NCBI GenBank assembly: GCA_963765765.1
Contig: CAVXYC010000002.1
Span: forward strand, 96,001 to 160,000
Source of the DNA: an uncultured Chloroflexia bacterium
GTDB taxonomy: Bacteria > Chloroflexota > UBA6077 > JACCZL01
Direction: 5' to 3'
DNA length: 64,000 nucleotides
The notes beneath the pieces were generated by a model that was given only the letters and a program-made list of their open reading frames with translations, did not search any database and was not told the DNA's origin. The translations under genes and the position numbers were made by a program. This document shows, one piece after another, positions 1 to 9,190 of the stretch (its first letter is position 1; the number at the start of each line of letters is the position of its first letter).

Positions 1-1424
1 CAGTGCGTGTTTTCATCGCCACCCAGCTCACGCAGCCACTCTTCACGGGGGAGCAGCGGCGCGATGAGCTCGATGTCGAAATCGTTCAGACGGAAGCGCA
101 TGGGCCGCGGATAGCTTTCTTCTAGCGCCATGAGCAGGAGCTGTCGTTGATCCGCGTGGCTGCGGGGATACAGTCGATAGGTAAGCATCGACGTTTGAAG
201 CTCATCATCTGTGGGCCATCCCTGCGACGGCTGCGAGAGTGCGGTGATGAATGCCTCTGCGTGGTTGGGCTCCGCGGCAGTTCGATTGTAGAGCTCAACG
301 AGCTGCTGATTTTCGTCTGCGTCGGATGCGGAGGTGAAGACGCGCCGAGCCACGAACGACTGAATCGCCCGCAGCAACGCGGTCGCCGCATCGGCCGGCA
401 GTGCTTCACGTCGGATATCTGACTGCACCAGGAGAAGAAAGGGTAGGAGCGGCTGTTTAAGTGTGTCGGACCATGCGCTCAGCCATTGCAGTCTTCGCCG
501 CGCCTCAGTGTCAGGCTCTCGATTGAGGTGCAGGAGGCGATCGTATTCCACGCTCCACTCAGCCAGCTCTCGGAGCACAGCCTTCACACCTTCCACGTCC
601 AGCGTCGCAAGGTGGCGGCGCCACGACTGGTACACCTCCTCGGCACGCACGTCCTCCCCATCTTTCGCCAGATAGTCGTGCATAAACGCATCCAGCGCAT
701 CGCCCAGGCGTGATTGCATGGGCTGCCAGACCGTGCGGAACCACTCATCATGCTCAGTAGTGGGAAGTCGCATAAAGAAGTAGTTGCGCAAGAGATCGCC
801 CTGGGTCAGCGGCATGCCCTTGGCATTCAGGCTCTCGAACACGCGATAGGGGTTATCCGCTTCGTCCAGGGTGATCGCCACGAACCTGAGCTGGGTGAGA
901 ACGACTTCGGCCAGGCGTTCAAGATCCGCGTCCTCGCGCGTGCCCAGGTCGCTGGCAAAGGTTTCATACGCCTCGAGCACGGGGGAGCCTGGCGTCGTTT
1001 CACCACGCATAACGACGGCGGCGAAAGCCTCGTGATCTTGATAACTGCACATGATTCGTGGCTGAGCGCGCTTCGTCCCCCCGCCATCTAGAAGAAACGT
1101 CTCGTGAACGCGTTCGCTCAAGGCAGGATCCGTACTCTGTGCTCGATCACGCAACGCTGCCAGGAAGAGACTGAGTGTGACCAGTCGTTGCTGACCGTCG
1201 ATGAGAAGCCTTGCCTCTCCGCTTACATCGTCGGAGTCAGTGAGGAGAACCACCGAGCCCATGAAGTGCGGCTGCGGCGTGTCCAGGGCGTAGAGCTCCT
1301 GAATATCCGCCCAAAGCGTTGCCCATTGCGATCGCCGCCAGCTATAGGCACGCTGGAAGTGTGGCACGATGTATTGCCCCGGTCGGGCCAGAAGCTCCGT
1401 CAGGCGCGTTTCCGTGGCCTTCAC
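1..1424 (-). CDS. GmrSD-family DUF262 (+ DUF1524/HNH-like) protein, 3' end outside window
   Basis: Manual minus-strand translation from GTG at 1424 is open to base 1. It contains IVPHFQRAYSW, HFMGSVV, LIDGQQRLVTL and VFESLNAKGMPLTQGDLLRNY (DUF262 motifs), then WPTDDE and DIELIAP (start of a DUF1524-like region). Not in the ORF track because there is no stop in the window. Confidence 0.9.
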   Translation of the reverse strand, partial: MKATETRLTELLARPGQYIVPHFQRAYSWRRSQWATLWADIQELYALDTPQPHFMGSVVLLTDSDDVSGEARLLIDGQQRLVTLSLFLAALRDRAQSTDPALSERVHETFLLDGGGTKRAQPRIMCSYQDHEAFAAVVMRGETTPGSPVLEAYETFASDLGTREDADLERLAEVVLTQLRFVAITLDEADNPYRVFESLNAKGMPLTQGDLLRNYFFMRLPTTEHDEWFRTVWQPMQSRLGDALDAFMHDYLAKDGEDVRAEEVYQSWRRHLATLDVEGVKAVLRELAEWSVEYDRLLHLNREPDTEARRRLQWLSAWSDTLKQPLLPFLLLVQSDIRREALPADAATALLRAIQSFVARRVFTSASDADENQQLVELYNRTAAEPNHAEAFITALSQPSQGWPTDDELQTSMLTYRLYPRSHADQRQLLLMALEESYPRPMRFRLNDFDIELIAPLLPREEWLRELGGDENTH

Positions 1425-1631
1425 CGGGGCAATCCGCCGGCATATCGCGCTTGTGGCGCAAGAGATTGTGGCTGTTGTCGAAGTGGTCTGCTCGCGATGT
1501 GTCGTCTCAACCTGTGCCTCGGTCGGGCTCTCAGAGCGTCTCTAGTCAGGCAATTCTAGTGTCTATCCTCCATCTCGAGCGCCCCTACTACATCGTTCCA
1601 GGATCCGAGGCGGCCAGGCGAACGGAAGTGG

Positions 1632-1943
1632 GTGATGAAGAAGATGCACCGCCACGATACTCCGCTTCTGTCCAGGTCAAGAGAGGATGTCGGTATCCGA
1701 TCCGAGACGCCGGCGGCACGCGAACCACAACGGTCAATGGCTTGCGATCGTAGCCGGTCTCTATTTCGAGGGTGTCATCGCCGGGTCAAGAAGATCGAGT
1801 GGCGGCCCTCTCGCGACGGAGACGATCTCGAGGAGCGTGTCGCTCGTTGGATTGAGCGGCATGGCTCTGCTCCCGGCGTCTGGTCAGTCATATTAATGGC
1901 AGGCTCATTCCTGGCCATGGTACTCTTCGCACTCATCCACTGA
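1632..1943 (+). CDS. Possible small membrane protein (hypothetical)
   Basis: 103-aa ORF ending in a hydrophobic helix (VWSVILMAGSFLAMVLFALIH). Start uncertain, no recognisable family. Confidence 0.35.
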   Translation: MMKKMHRHDTPLLSRSREDVGIRSETPAAREPQRSMACDRSRSLFRGCHRRVKKIEWRPSRDGDDLEERVARWIERHGSAPGVWSVILMAGSFLAMVLFALIH

Positions 1944-2412
1944 TCTCAGGAATCCCTGAGCGCGCTCGCCTCTGGCCTGCATGTCACAACCGAATCTCAA
2001 TCGGCCTTCGCTACTAACTTTTCCTGTCTCACGCGCCGCGTTCATCGCGCGAATGTGATAGCTTAACGTTTAGGGGCGCGACTCTCTCTTAACAGTTCCG
2101 AGCTCATTGTAATTCCCGAGCCGAACGAGGTGATGCGCGCAGCCTTCCGTTTACCCATGGGTGATTAGCGATCTGTGCCGCCCACTCTTCTGTGCCCAGC
2201 GTCGTGCGCACGAAGAATCGAGACAACCGCGGTTCAGCCAGTGACCGCATGGCCTCAGTCGAATGATTGATATGGCGCACAGGTGACGAAAAACACCGTT
2301 GCTGCGCTTCGTTCCATTTGATCTGGAGATAGTCACACTCCATGCCCCACGCTGATCGTCTGCGTCCAGTGACAGCCGTGATGGAGGATCCATCAGGCCA
2401 GGTGTCCCAAGG

Positions 2413-3699
2413 ATGAGGAGAATTCAATTGCCAACTCGCCCGCTATTGGCGGCGCTCGCCGCGTGTACGTTCGTCGTCACTGCCTGTCAACCCACGGCGC
2501 GCACCACGCCGACGGCCTCAGCGCCGAAACCAACTGCCGAGCCCACGCGTGTGGTGGCGGCGCCTAGCGTGCAGCTTGTGGAGAGCAATCGCGTCGCTAG
2601 TCCATCAGCCGCCGTTCACGTCTTTCTCTGGGGCAATCCAGACACGACCGATCGCGATCTCCAGTTGGCCAGGGATGCCGGGTTCACCTGGGTGAAGCAG
2701 CGCTTTGAGTGGCGCTACATTGAAAAGACCCGCAAGGACGCGTTTGAGTGGGATGAGCCGGACCGTGTCGTAGACGCGATCAACCGTAACGGTCTCGGCA
2801 TCGTTGCTCGAATCGATAATCAGCCGGAATGGGCGCGCCGAGACGGGATCTTCCCGGCCAGTGGACCTCCAGACCAGATGGAAGATTGGAAGGACTACGT
2901 CGAGGAGCTGGTCGAGCGCTACCGCGGCAAGATCCAGGCATATGAGATCTGGAATGAGCCCAACATTGCTCGCGAGTGGGGCGGAGTCCAACCCGACCCC
3001 GTGGCCTACACTCAGCTTCTGAGCGTCGCCTACACCGCAATCAAGAAGGTGGATCCTAACGCTATCGTCATCTCGGCTGGCCTTTCGCCCACTACCGAAC
3101 AGACTGACCGAGCTATTCCGGATACCGTCTTTCTGAACGGCATGTACCAGGCCGGAGCCGCCTCGTACTTTGATACATTAGGTGTCCATGCACCTGGCTT
3201 CAAAGCCACGCCTGAGGCCGACCCCGCTACTGTGGCGAACGACCCTGCCCTGACCAATGGCGATCCCAGTAATGTCCAGCTTCGCCGCGCCTATTCATTC
3301 CGTCACGCCGAGGATGTGCGGCAGATCATGGTGCAGAACGGCGACCAGGCCAAGCAGATTGCGATCATGGAGATGGGCTGGACGAGTGATCCGCGTCCCG
3401 AGTCCCCATACTCCTGGCACGCCGTGACCGAGGATCAGAAGGCCGAGTATCTCGCCCGGGCGTTTCAGTACGCACAGCAGAACTGGTCGCCGTGGGTGGG
3501 CATCATGAGCGCCATCTATATTCCGGATCCTCGCTGGACCACCGCTGAAGAGCAATACCATTGGGGCATTACCGGCCCGGATGGCAGCGTCTGGCCGGCG
3601 TATAACGCGCTGAAATCCCTGCTGCCCTCGCTCAACCGCGTCACCCCAAGCGCGAACCCTGTGCCAAGCGACAGTCCGGCTCCCGCACCAGCAAGCTAA
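2413..3699 (+). CDS. Glycoside hydrolase clan A (GH5/GH39-like) lipoprotein
   Basis: Lipobox-like VVTAC, Pro/Thr-rich linker, acid/base motif YEIWNEPN, nucleophile-like IMEMGW. Confidence 0.85.
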   Translation: MRRIQLPTRPLLAALAACTFVVTACQPTARTTPTASAPKPTAEPTRVVAAPSVQLVESNRVASPSAAVHVFLWGNPDTTDRDLQLARDAGFTWVKQRFEWRYIEKTRKDAFEWDEPDRVVDAINRNGLGIVARIDNQPEWARRDGIFPASGPPDQMEDWKDYVEELVERYRGKIQAYEIWNEPNIAREWGGVQPDPVAYTQLLSVAYTAIKKVDPNAIVISAGLSPTTEQTDRAIPDTVFLNGMYQAGAASYFDTLGVHAPGFKATPEADPATVANDPALTNGDPSNVQLRRAYSFRHAEDVRQIMVQNGDQAKQIAIMEMGWTSDPRPESPYSWHAVTEDQKAEYLARAFQYAQQNWSPWVGIMSAIYIPDPRWTTAEEQYHWGITGPDGSVWPAYNALKSLLPSLNRVTPSANPVPSDSPAPAPAS

Positions 3700-3721
3700 C
3701 CCCGCGCCAAGCGCTTTAGAT

Positions 3722-3790
3722 CGCGCAAGGATCGCCGCCTTTTAGGACTCCCGGCCACCCTGGGAATCCTGGAAGGCGGCGATTCTCGCG
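3722..3790. terminator. Long imperfect hairpin downstream of the GH gene
   Basis: ggatcgccgccttttaggactccc pairs with gggaatcctggaaggcggcgattct, about 25 nt after the stop. Confidence 0.55.
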
Positions 3791-3890
3791 TGTATTCAAC
3801 GTGCTTCGCGACTATTCGCGGCTTGTGTTCCTCCCACGCTTACTCAGAAGACGCGTACACTAGGTCGAAAATCTGCCGGAGGCTGGCAAC

Positions 3891-5087
3891 ATGGCCGATG
3901 TGCTGCCGCTGTCCCACCTCACCGTTCTCGACCTGACAATCGCTCGTGCGGGCCCCACCGCCGTGCGGCTGTTGACTGATTGGGGTGCGAATGTCATCAA
4001 GATCGAGCCCCCGCCCGTTCCTGGCGCGCGAAACGATTCGCACACCGGCGCACGCGTCGGTCCGGATGAGCAAAACCTCCACCGCAACAAGCGCGGCCTG
4101 GCTCTGGATCTGAAGAAGCCTGAGGGAAAAGCCGTTTTTCGAGATCTTCTGAAGGACGCCGATATCGTTGTTGAGAATTACCGCTCGGATGTGAAAACTC
4201 GACTGGGCGTGGACTACGAGACGCTCTCGGCGCTCAATCCGCGCATCATCCTGGCCAGCATCTCGGGATTTGGCCAGGACGGTCCCTACGGTAAGCGCCC
4301 GGGCGTGGACCAGATCATCCAGGGCACAAGCGGACTCATGTCCGTGACCGGCGAGCCCGGACAGGGCCCCATCCGCGTGGGCATTGCCATTTCCGATAGC
4401 TGCGCCGGGATGTTGCTGGGCCAGGGCATCCTTCTGGCGCTGTTGGAGCGTGAGCGTACCGGTCGAGGCCAGTGGGTCCACACGTCACTTCTCGAGGCGA
4501 TGTTGGGCACGCTAGATTTCCAGGGTGCGCGTTACACCATGGATGGCGAGATACCCGGCCAGGAGGGCAATCACCACCCGACATCCGTGCCGATGGGGAC
4601 GTTCAAGTCTTCGGATGGCCTGGTCAACATTGCGGCCAACCGCCAGTACATGTGGGTGGCCTTCTGCGAGGCGCTCGGCGCGGAGGAGCTTCTCAATAAA
4701 CCCGAGTACAGCACGTTCAACTCACGGGTGGAGAACAAGGAAGCCATCCGCAAGGATGTGGCCGAAGTTGTGGCGCGCTTCACCACCGAGTATCTGGTTG
4801 AGAAACTGAATGCCGTGGGCCTTCCTTGCGGCCCTGTAAACGATATCGGCCAGGCTTTCGAGGACCCCCAGGTGAAGCACCTGAAGATGACCAAGGTCGC
4901 TCATCACCCCAGGAAAGGCCCTCTGAACCTGATCCGGACGCCCATTCACCTGTCCAACGTGGACCTGCCCGAGGAATACCATCACGCTGGCCCGGATGCC
5001 GGGGAGCATTCGGAGGAGATCCTGCGGGAGCTGGGCTACGAGGAAGATCGAATTCGCTCGCTCCGTGACGCGGGAGTCATCGTATGA
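3891..5087 (+). CDS. CaiB/BaiF family III CoA-transferase
   Basis: VLDLTIARAGP, GANVIKIEPP, NLHRNKRGLALDLK, ADIVVENYR, SISGFGQDGPY, and catalytic Asp region GIAISD. Confidence 0.95.
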   Translation: MADVLPLSHLTVLDLTIARAGPTAVRLLTDWGANVIKIEPPPVPGARNDSHTGARVGPDEQNLHRNKRGLALDLKKPEGKAVFRDLLKDADIVVENYRSDVKTRLGVDYETLSALNPRIILASISGFGQDGPYGKRPGVDQIIQGTSGLMSVTGEPGQGPIRVGIAISDSCAGMLLGQGILLALLERERTGRGQWVHTSLLEAMLGTLDFQGARYTMDGEIPGQEGNHHPTSVPMGTFKSSDGLVNIAANRQYMWVAFCEALGAEELLNKPEYSTFNSRVENKEAIRKDVAEVVARFTTEYLVEKLNAVGLPCGPVNDIGQAFEDPQVKHLKMTKVAHHPRKGPLNLIRTPIHLSNVDLPEEYHHAGPDAGEHSEEILRELGYEEDRIRSLRDAGVIV

Positions 5088-5879
5088 AGCTCATGACCGA
5101 GAAGATTCTGGCCGATGTCGAAGGCGGCATTGGCTGGCTCACGTTCAACCAGCCGGAGAAGCGCAATGCCATGTCCATGGAGATGTGGCAGGGCGTTGCG
5201 GATGCGTTCGAGGCATTCCAGGCGGACCCCGAAGTGCGCGTGGTAGTCATGCGCGGCGCCGGTGGTAAGGCGTTTGTCTCAGGTGCGGACATCTCGGAGT
5301 TTGACGCGAACCGCGCCAACGCCGAGCAAAAGGCGCAGTACAACGCCGTCACCGCGCGCGGGAAACAGTGGCTGGCGCAGATCGAAAAGCCGCTCGTGGC
5401 GATGATCGAGGGCTTCTGTATTGGCGGCGGACTTGCCGTCGCCCTCAACGCCGATGTGCGCATCGCCACGGAAAGCTCCAAGTTCGGGATCCCCGCCGCC
5501 AAGCTGGGCCTGGGCTATGACTTCGCGGGTCTCGCTACACTGGCCAGGCTCGTAGGACCATCAGTTGCACGAGACATTCTCTTTAGCGCCCGCTTCCTGC
5601 CTGCCGAGGAGGCGCTGCGCGTTGGCCTGATCAACCGCGTGGTCCCGGATGCTGACCTCGAGTCCGACGTTCGTGACTACTGTGCGCTCATCGCCCAGAA
5701 TGCACCGCTCACGATTCGGGCGGCCAAGGCCGCCATGCGCGAGTGGGAGCGCGATCCATCCGACCGTGACCTTGCTCACGTCGACGCGCTCGTGAACGCG
5801 TGTTTCGATAGCGAGGACTACGCCGAAGGGACGCAAAGCGTTTGCCGAGAAGCGGCCGCCGAGGTTTCAGGGACGGTAG
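5084..5879 (+). CDS. Enoyl-CoA hydratase/isomerase (crotonase), +1 indel near C-terminus
   Basis: KAFVSGADISEF, GFCIGGG, FGIPAAKLG. Removing one G at about 5828-5830 restores the typical end EGRKAFAEKRPPRFQGR*. ATGA overlap with the upstream gene. Confidence 0.92.
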
Positions 5880-5990
5880 CTTGCCCGCCTATCCGGGGAC
5901 GGCAGGGACGTAAGGGAATTCTGCGCGTCGCCGTTGTCTCTTATCTCCCGGTAGTCCCCTTTTGGCTGGGGAGAGGACGGAAGGTGGCTC

Positions 5991-7194
5991 ATGCTGACAC
6001 GTGAAGCGCAGGATCGGCTCACCCGCGTGGGACGCGGCACGCCGATGGGTGAGCTGCTGCGGCGATACTGGTTCCCTGTGGCGGCGTCGTCTGAGGTTTC
6101 GGAAGGTTCTGTCCTCGAGGTCATGCTGCTCGGTGAGTCGCTTGCGCTGTTTCGCTCGCCGTCCGGTGAAGTGGGACTCCTTGACCGACGTTGTCCGCAC
6201 CGCGGCGCGTCGCTGGGGTACGGAATTCCGGAAGAAGAAGGCCTGCGATGTTCGTATCACGGCTGGCGATTTGGCCGAGACGGTCGATGCAATGAGACGC
6301 CGGCGGAGCCAGTCACCTCGCGGGCTCAAGGATCGGGTGAGGATTTCTGCGTACGTGGTTGAGGAGCTGGGAGGCCTGATCTGGGCCTACCTTGGGCCCG
6401 CGCCCGCACCGCTCCTTCCAAGATTTGATCTCTACGTCTGGGATGACGTGGACCGCGATATTGGCGTCACGCTGCTCCCATGTAACTGGCTTCAGATGGT
6501 TGAGAACTCCATGGACCCTATCCACGTGGAGTACCTTCATGCCCGCTACATGAACTACGTGCTACGGCGACAGGGCAAGGCCAATCTGACGCCCGAGCAG
6601 CATCACGAGCGCATTGCCTTCGATGTGTTCGAGTACGGCGTGTACAAGCGGCGCCTGCTGGAGGGCCAAAGCGAGGATGTGTCTGATTGGCGAACCGGGC
6701 ATCCAATCGTCTTCCCAACCACGCTTCGCAGCAACAATGGGCAAGGGCATCCGAATATGCAGATCCGCGTGCCGCTGGACGACACGCACACGCGCTACTA
6801 CACCTATCAGGTGTACCCCTGCGAAGGCACAATGCCACGTTCTGAGGTGCCAACCTACGATCTCCCGTACTGCACGACAGATGGTCGGCTCATCATGGAC
6901 AAGGTGCTCAATCAGGACATGAGCATTTGGATCACCCAGGGAGCGATTAGCGACCGCACTGCCGAGCGCCTTGGCAGCTCAGATAAGGGCGTGATCCTGT
7001 TTCGCCATATCCTGGAGGAGAATCTGACACGCCTGGCGCGAGGTGAAGACCCCATGGGCGTGATTCGCGACCCGGCCCAGAACCAGATCATTTCGCTGGA
7101 AGCGGAGGGAGGTTCTGGGGCTGGGCATTTTCTGGTCCAGGATCTAAGTCAATATGGGACTGATGTATGGTCCGCGAGACCGTCAGGAGCATAA
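5991..7194 (+). CDS. Rieske non-heme iron oxygenase alpha subunit (LigXa-like O-demethylase / phthalate-dioxygenase group), frameshift at about 6315
   Basis: Rieske CPHRGASL...CSYHGW in ORF 5991-6362. Mononuclear Fe motif ENSMDPIHVEYLH and NQD...QGAISDRT in ORF 6001-7194. Confidence 0.9.
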
Positions 7195-7683
7195 GCGGCA
7201 TAGAGGACATAAGGAACCCCGGACCGCGTCGACGATCATTGTCCCTGAAGTCCCTAGCTCCCCGCGCTTAGCCCCACGAGCTTCCAGACCCGCCTGAATG
7301 CACTTCTCATCGTCCGCGGCCTGGGCACCGGTGGCGCCTACCGCGCCCACGAACTCGCCGTTGCGGAAGATCGGAAGCGCGCCCGCCACGGGAACGATCT
7401 TGCCGGCTGGCATGTCGGCCAGAGAGCCAAAGAACCACGGCCGCTCCTGGGCGCGCTTCTCGAGCACGGCCGTGCTCAGGCGGAAGGCCGCGGCTGTCCA
7501 GGCTTTGGCGATAGCCAGGTCGGCACGAATCAGCGCCGAGTTGTCCTCTCGCTTCAGCGCAATGATCTGACCGCCCACATCGACCACCGCCACGGTAAGC
7601 GGGACAAGCTGCATCTCGCGTGCTCTGGCGAGACTGGCATCGATTATTGCTACGGCTTCGTTGAGCGAGAGCGTCTCTGCCAT
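7183..7683 (-). CDS. GlcG/HbpS-like heme-binding protein (true end possibly near 7255)
   Basis: LTVAVVDVGGQIIALKRED, AIAKAWTA, GALPIFRNGEFVGAVGATG...DDE. Confidence 0.85.
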   Translation of the reverse strand: MAETLSLNEAVAIIDASLARAREMQLVPLTVAVVDVGGQIIALKREDNSALIRADLAIAKAWTAAAFRLSTAVLEKRAQERPWFFGSLADMPAGKIVPVAGALPIFRNGEFVGAVGATGAQAADDEKCIQAGLEARGAKRGELGTSGTMIVDAVRGSLCPLCRLCS

Positions 7684-7922
7684 CAGAAAGTCCAGACCGG
7701 CCCGGGCAAACTGCCCATAGCCGCGAAGAATGGCAGCATTGAAACAGGCTCGCTTGGCACCCGTCAAGACGCCCTTCGCGATCTCGATGGGACTTTTCCT
7801 TCGAGCCTGCCCATATGGCGCTTCCTTTTCCTGATCGGCCGAACTGCGGCAGATCCATTCCCGATCGGCTCGCGCTGCGTATCAAGAAGGAGGCCAACCA
7901 TCAGCCCCCAGCGGGAGCCTCT

Positions 7923-8531
7923 CTAAGGCCTGGCCTGCAATGGTGCTTTGCGCTGGTCCGGCTCCGTCGGGTGGCTGTGTTTGAACAAACCGCCCGGTCG
8001 CCAGGGTGTTCCGAGGGCACGGAGCAGGTACCGGTCGAGCCCGATCCAGCCCGCGGTTTTCCACGCCAGCACGAGCCACGTGGAGATAGCAAACAGCAGC
8101 GCGTTTGTGGATGCCGTTCCAGCCATGACGAAGTTCCAATTCAGGAATCCACCGGTAAACGCGGCGATCCCCGTGAATGCGCCCAGGATCAGGGCAATTC
8201 CCACCAAAAGCTCACCGGCAACGACGATCTTCGCGAACCAGGTGTAGGCCTGTACGTCCAGCATCCACTGGATGAAGGCCCGATACCAGTCCACTGCGAT
8301 GACGGGACGTGGATCCAACCTCACTCCGTTCAGCCAATAATCACGGAGGGCTTCGCCGGTCACCGTCCAGTTCGGGTTCTGAAGCTTGGCCCACCCGGAA
8401 GTCAACCACGCGTAACCGAGGTACAGGCGAAGTGGCAGCCAGACCCATGCCAACCGCGTATCGCCAAACAGCGTGCGTGCAATCGGGGGGTCTTCGAGCA
8501 TGAGCGCTTGGCTCCTTGTTTCCTTGGCCAT
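7923..8531 (-). CDS. DoxX/DoxD-like membrane protein (thiosulfate:quinone oxidoreductase-like subunit)
   Basis: LRLYLGYAWLTSGWAK, GELLVGIALILG, NWNFVMAGTASTN, GWIGLDR. Confidence 0.85.
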   Translation of the reverse strand: MAKETRSQALMLEDPPIARTLFGDTRLAWVWLPLRLYLGYAWLTSGWAKLQNPNWTVTGEALRDYWLNGVRLDPRPVIAVDWYRAFIQWMLDVQAYTWFAKIVVAGELLVGIALILGAFTGIAAFTGGFLNWNFVMAGTASTNALLFAISTWLVLAWKTAGWIGLDRYLLRALGTPWRPGGLFKHSHPTEPDQRKAPLQARP

Positions 8532-8771
8532 GATCCATTCTCCAATCGTTGAGGTGATGTGAGCGCCCATCTCTTCAACGCTACTCCGTTACTCAGATCA
8601 TCCCAAGAACTCGAAGCGGCTGTTAGACCCTTAGGTGTAGGAATTGGGTAGGAAGACGGTCTAGAGCACCGCTTGGCTGTATCTAGAGGTTTCGCTTTTT
8701 CATTCGAGGCAGGCATTCGATGCCCAGGCGCGGCTGGGTACGCTGTTAGTAAATGGCGTTGGAGACGACGA

Positions 8772-9155
8772 ATGACTGAGAACGAGCTGGGCCGGCGTAC
8801 GTGGGTGATTGCGGAGGGCTACATTCCGAGCCAAAGTGCCAGCGAGCAACCGAGCCCAGAAATGCTGAGCCACGAAACGGCCTGCATCTTGAACGCCGGC
8901 GATGAGCCAGCGGATGTGGAGATCACACTCTATTTCAAGGACCGCGAGCCCGTCGGACCGTATCGCGTGCGAGTGGAGCCGCGACGGACCAACCATCTTC
9001 GATTCAATGACCTGGAAGACCCGGCGCCCGTTCCTCGCGATTCGGATTATGCGAGCGTGATCCGATCGTCAGCTCCGATCGTCGTGCAGCACACGCGACT
9101 GGATTCGAGGCAGCCACCGCACGCAGTGCTGAGCACAATCGCCTGGGCTGAATGA
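8772..9155 (+). CDS. Sensory rhodopsin transducer (ASRT) family protein
   Basis: GRRTWVIAEGYIP, SHETACILN, RRTNHLRFNDLEDP, PIVVQHTRLDSRQ. Confidence 0.85.
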   Translation: MTENELGRRTWVIAEGYIPSQSASEQPSPEMLSHETACILNAGDEPADVEITLYFKDREPVGPYRVRVEPRRTNHLRFNDLEDPAPVPRDSDYASVIRSSAPIVVQHTRLDSRQPPHAVLSTIAWAE

Positions 9156-9190
9156 GGCGCGGTGCCTATGTCACGCTCACGCGCCTCGCG

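Noticed and set aside
122-1559. Several ORF-track calls (147-422, 486-713, 714-1091, 1104-1559 and others)
   Set aside because: They are antisense or off-frame shadows of the minus-strand DUF262 gene.
1944-2412. Long intergenic leader as a possible riboswitch or ncRNA
   Set aside because: No recognisable riboswitch consensus by eye. An Rfam/Infernal scan would be needed.
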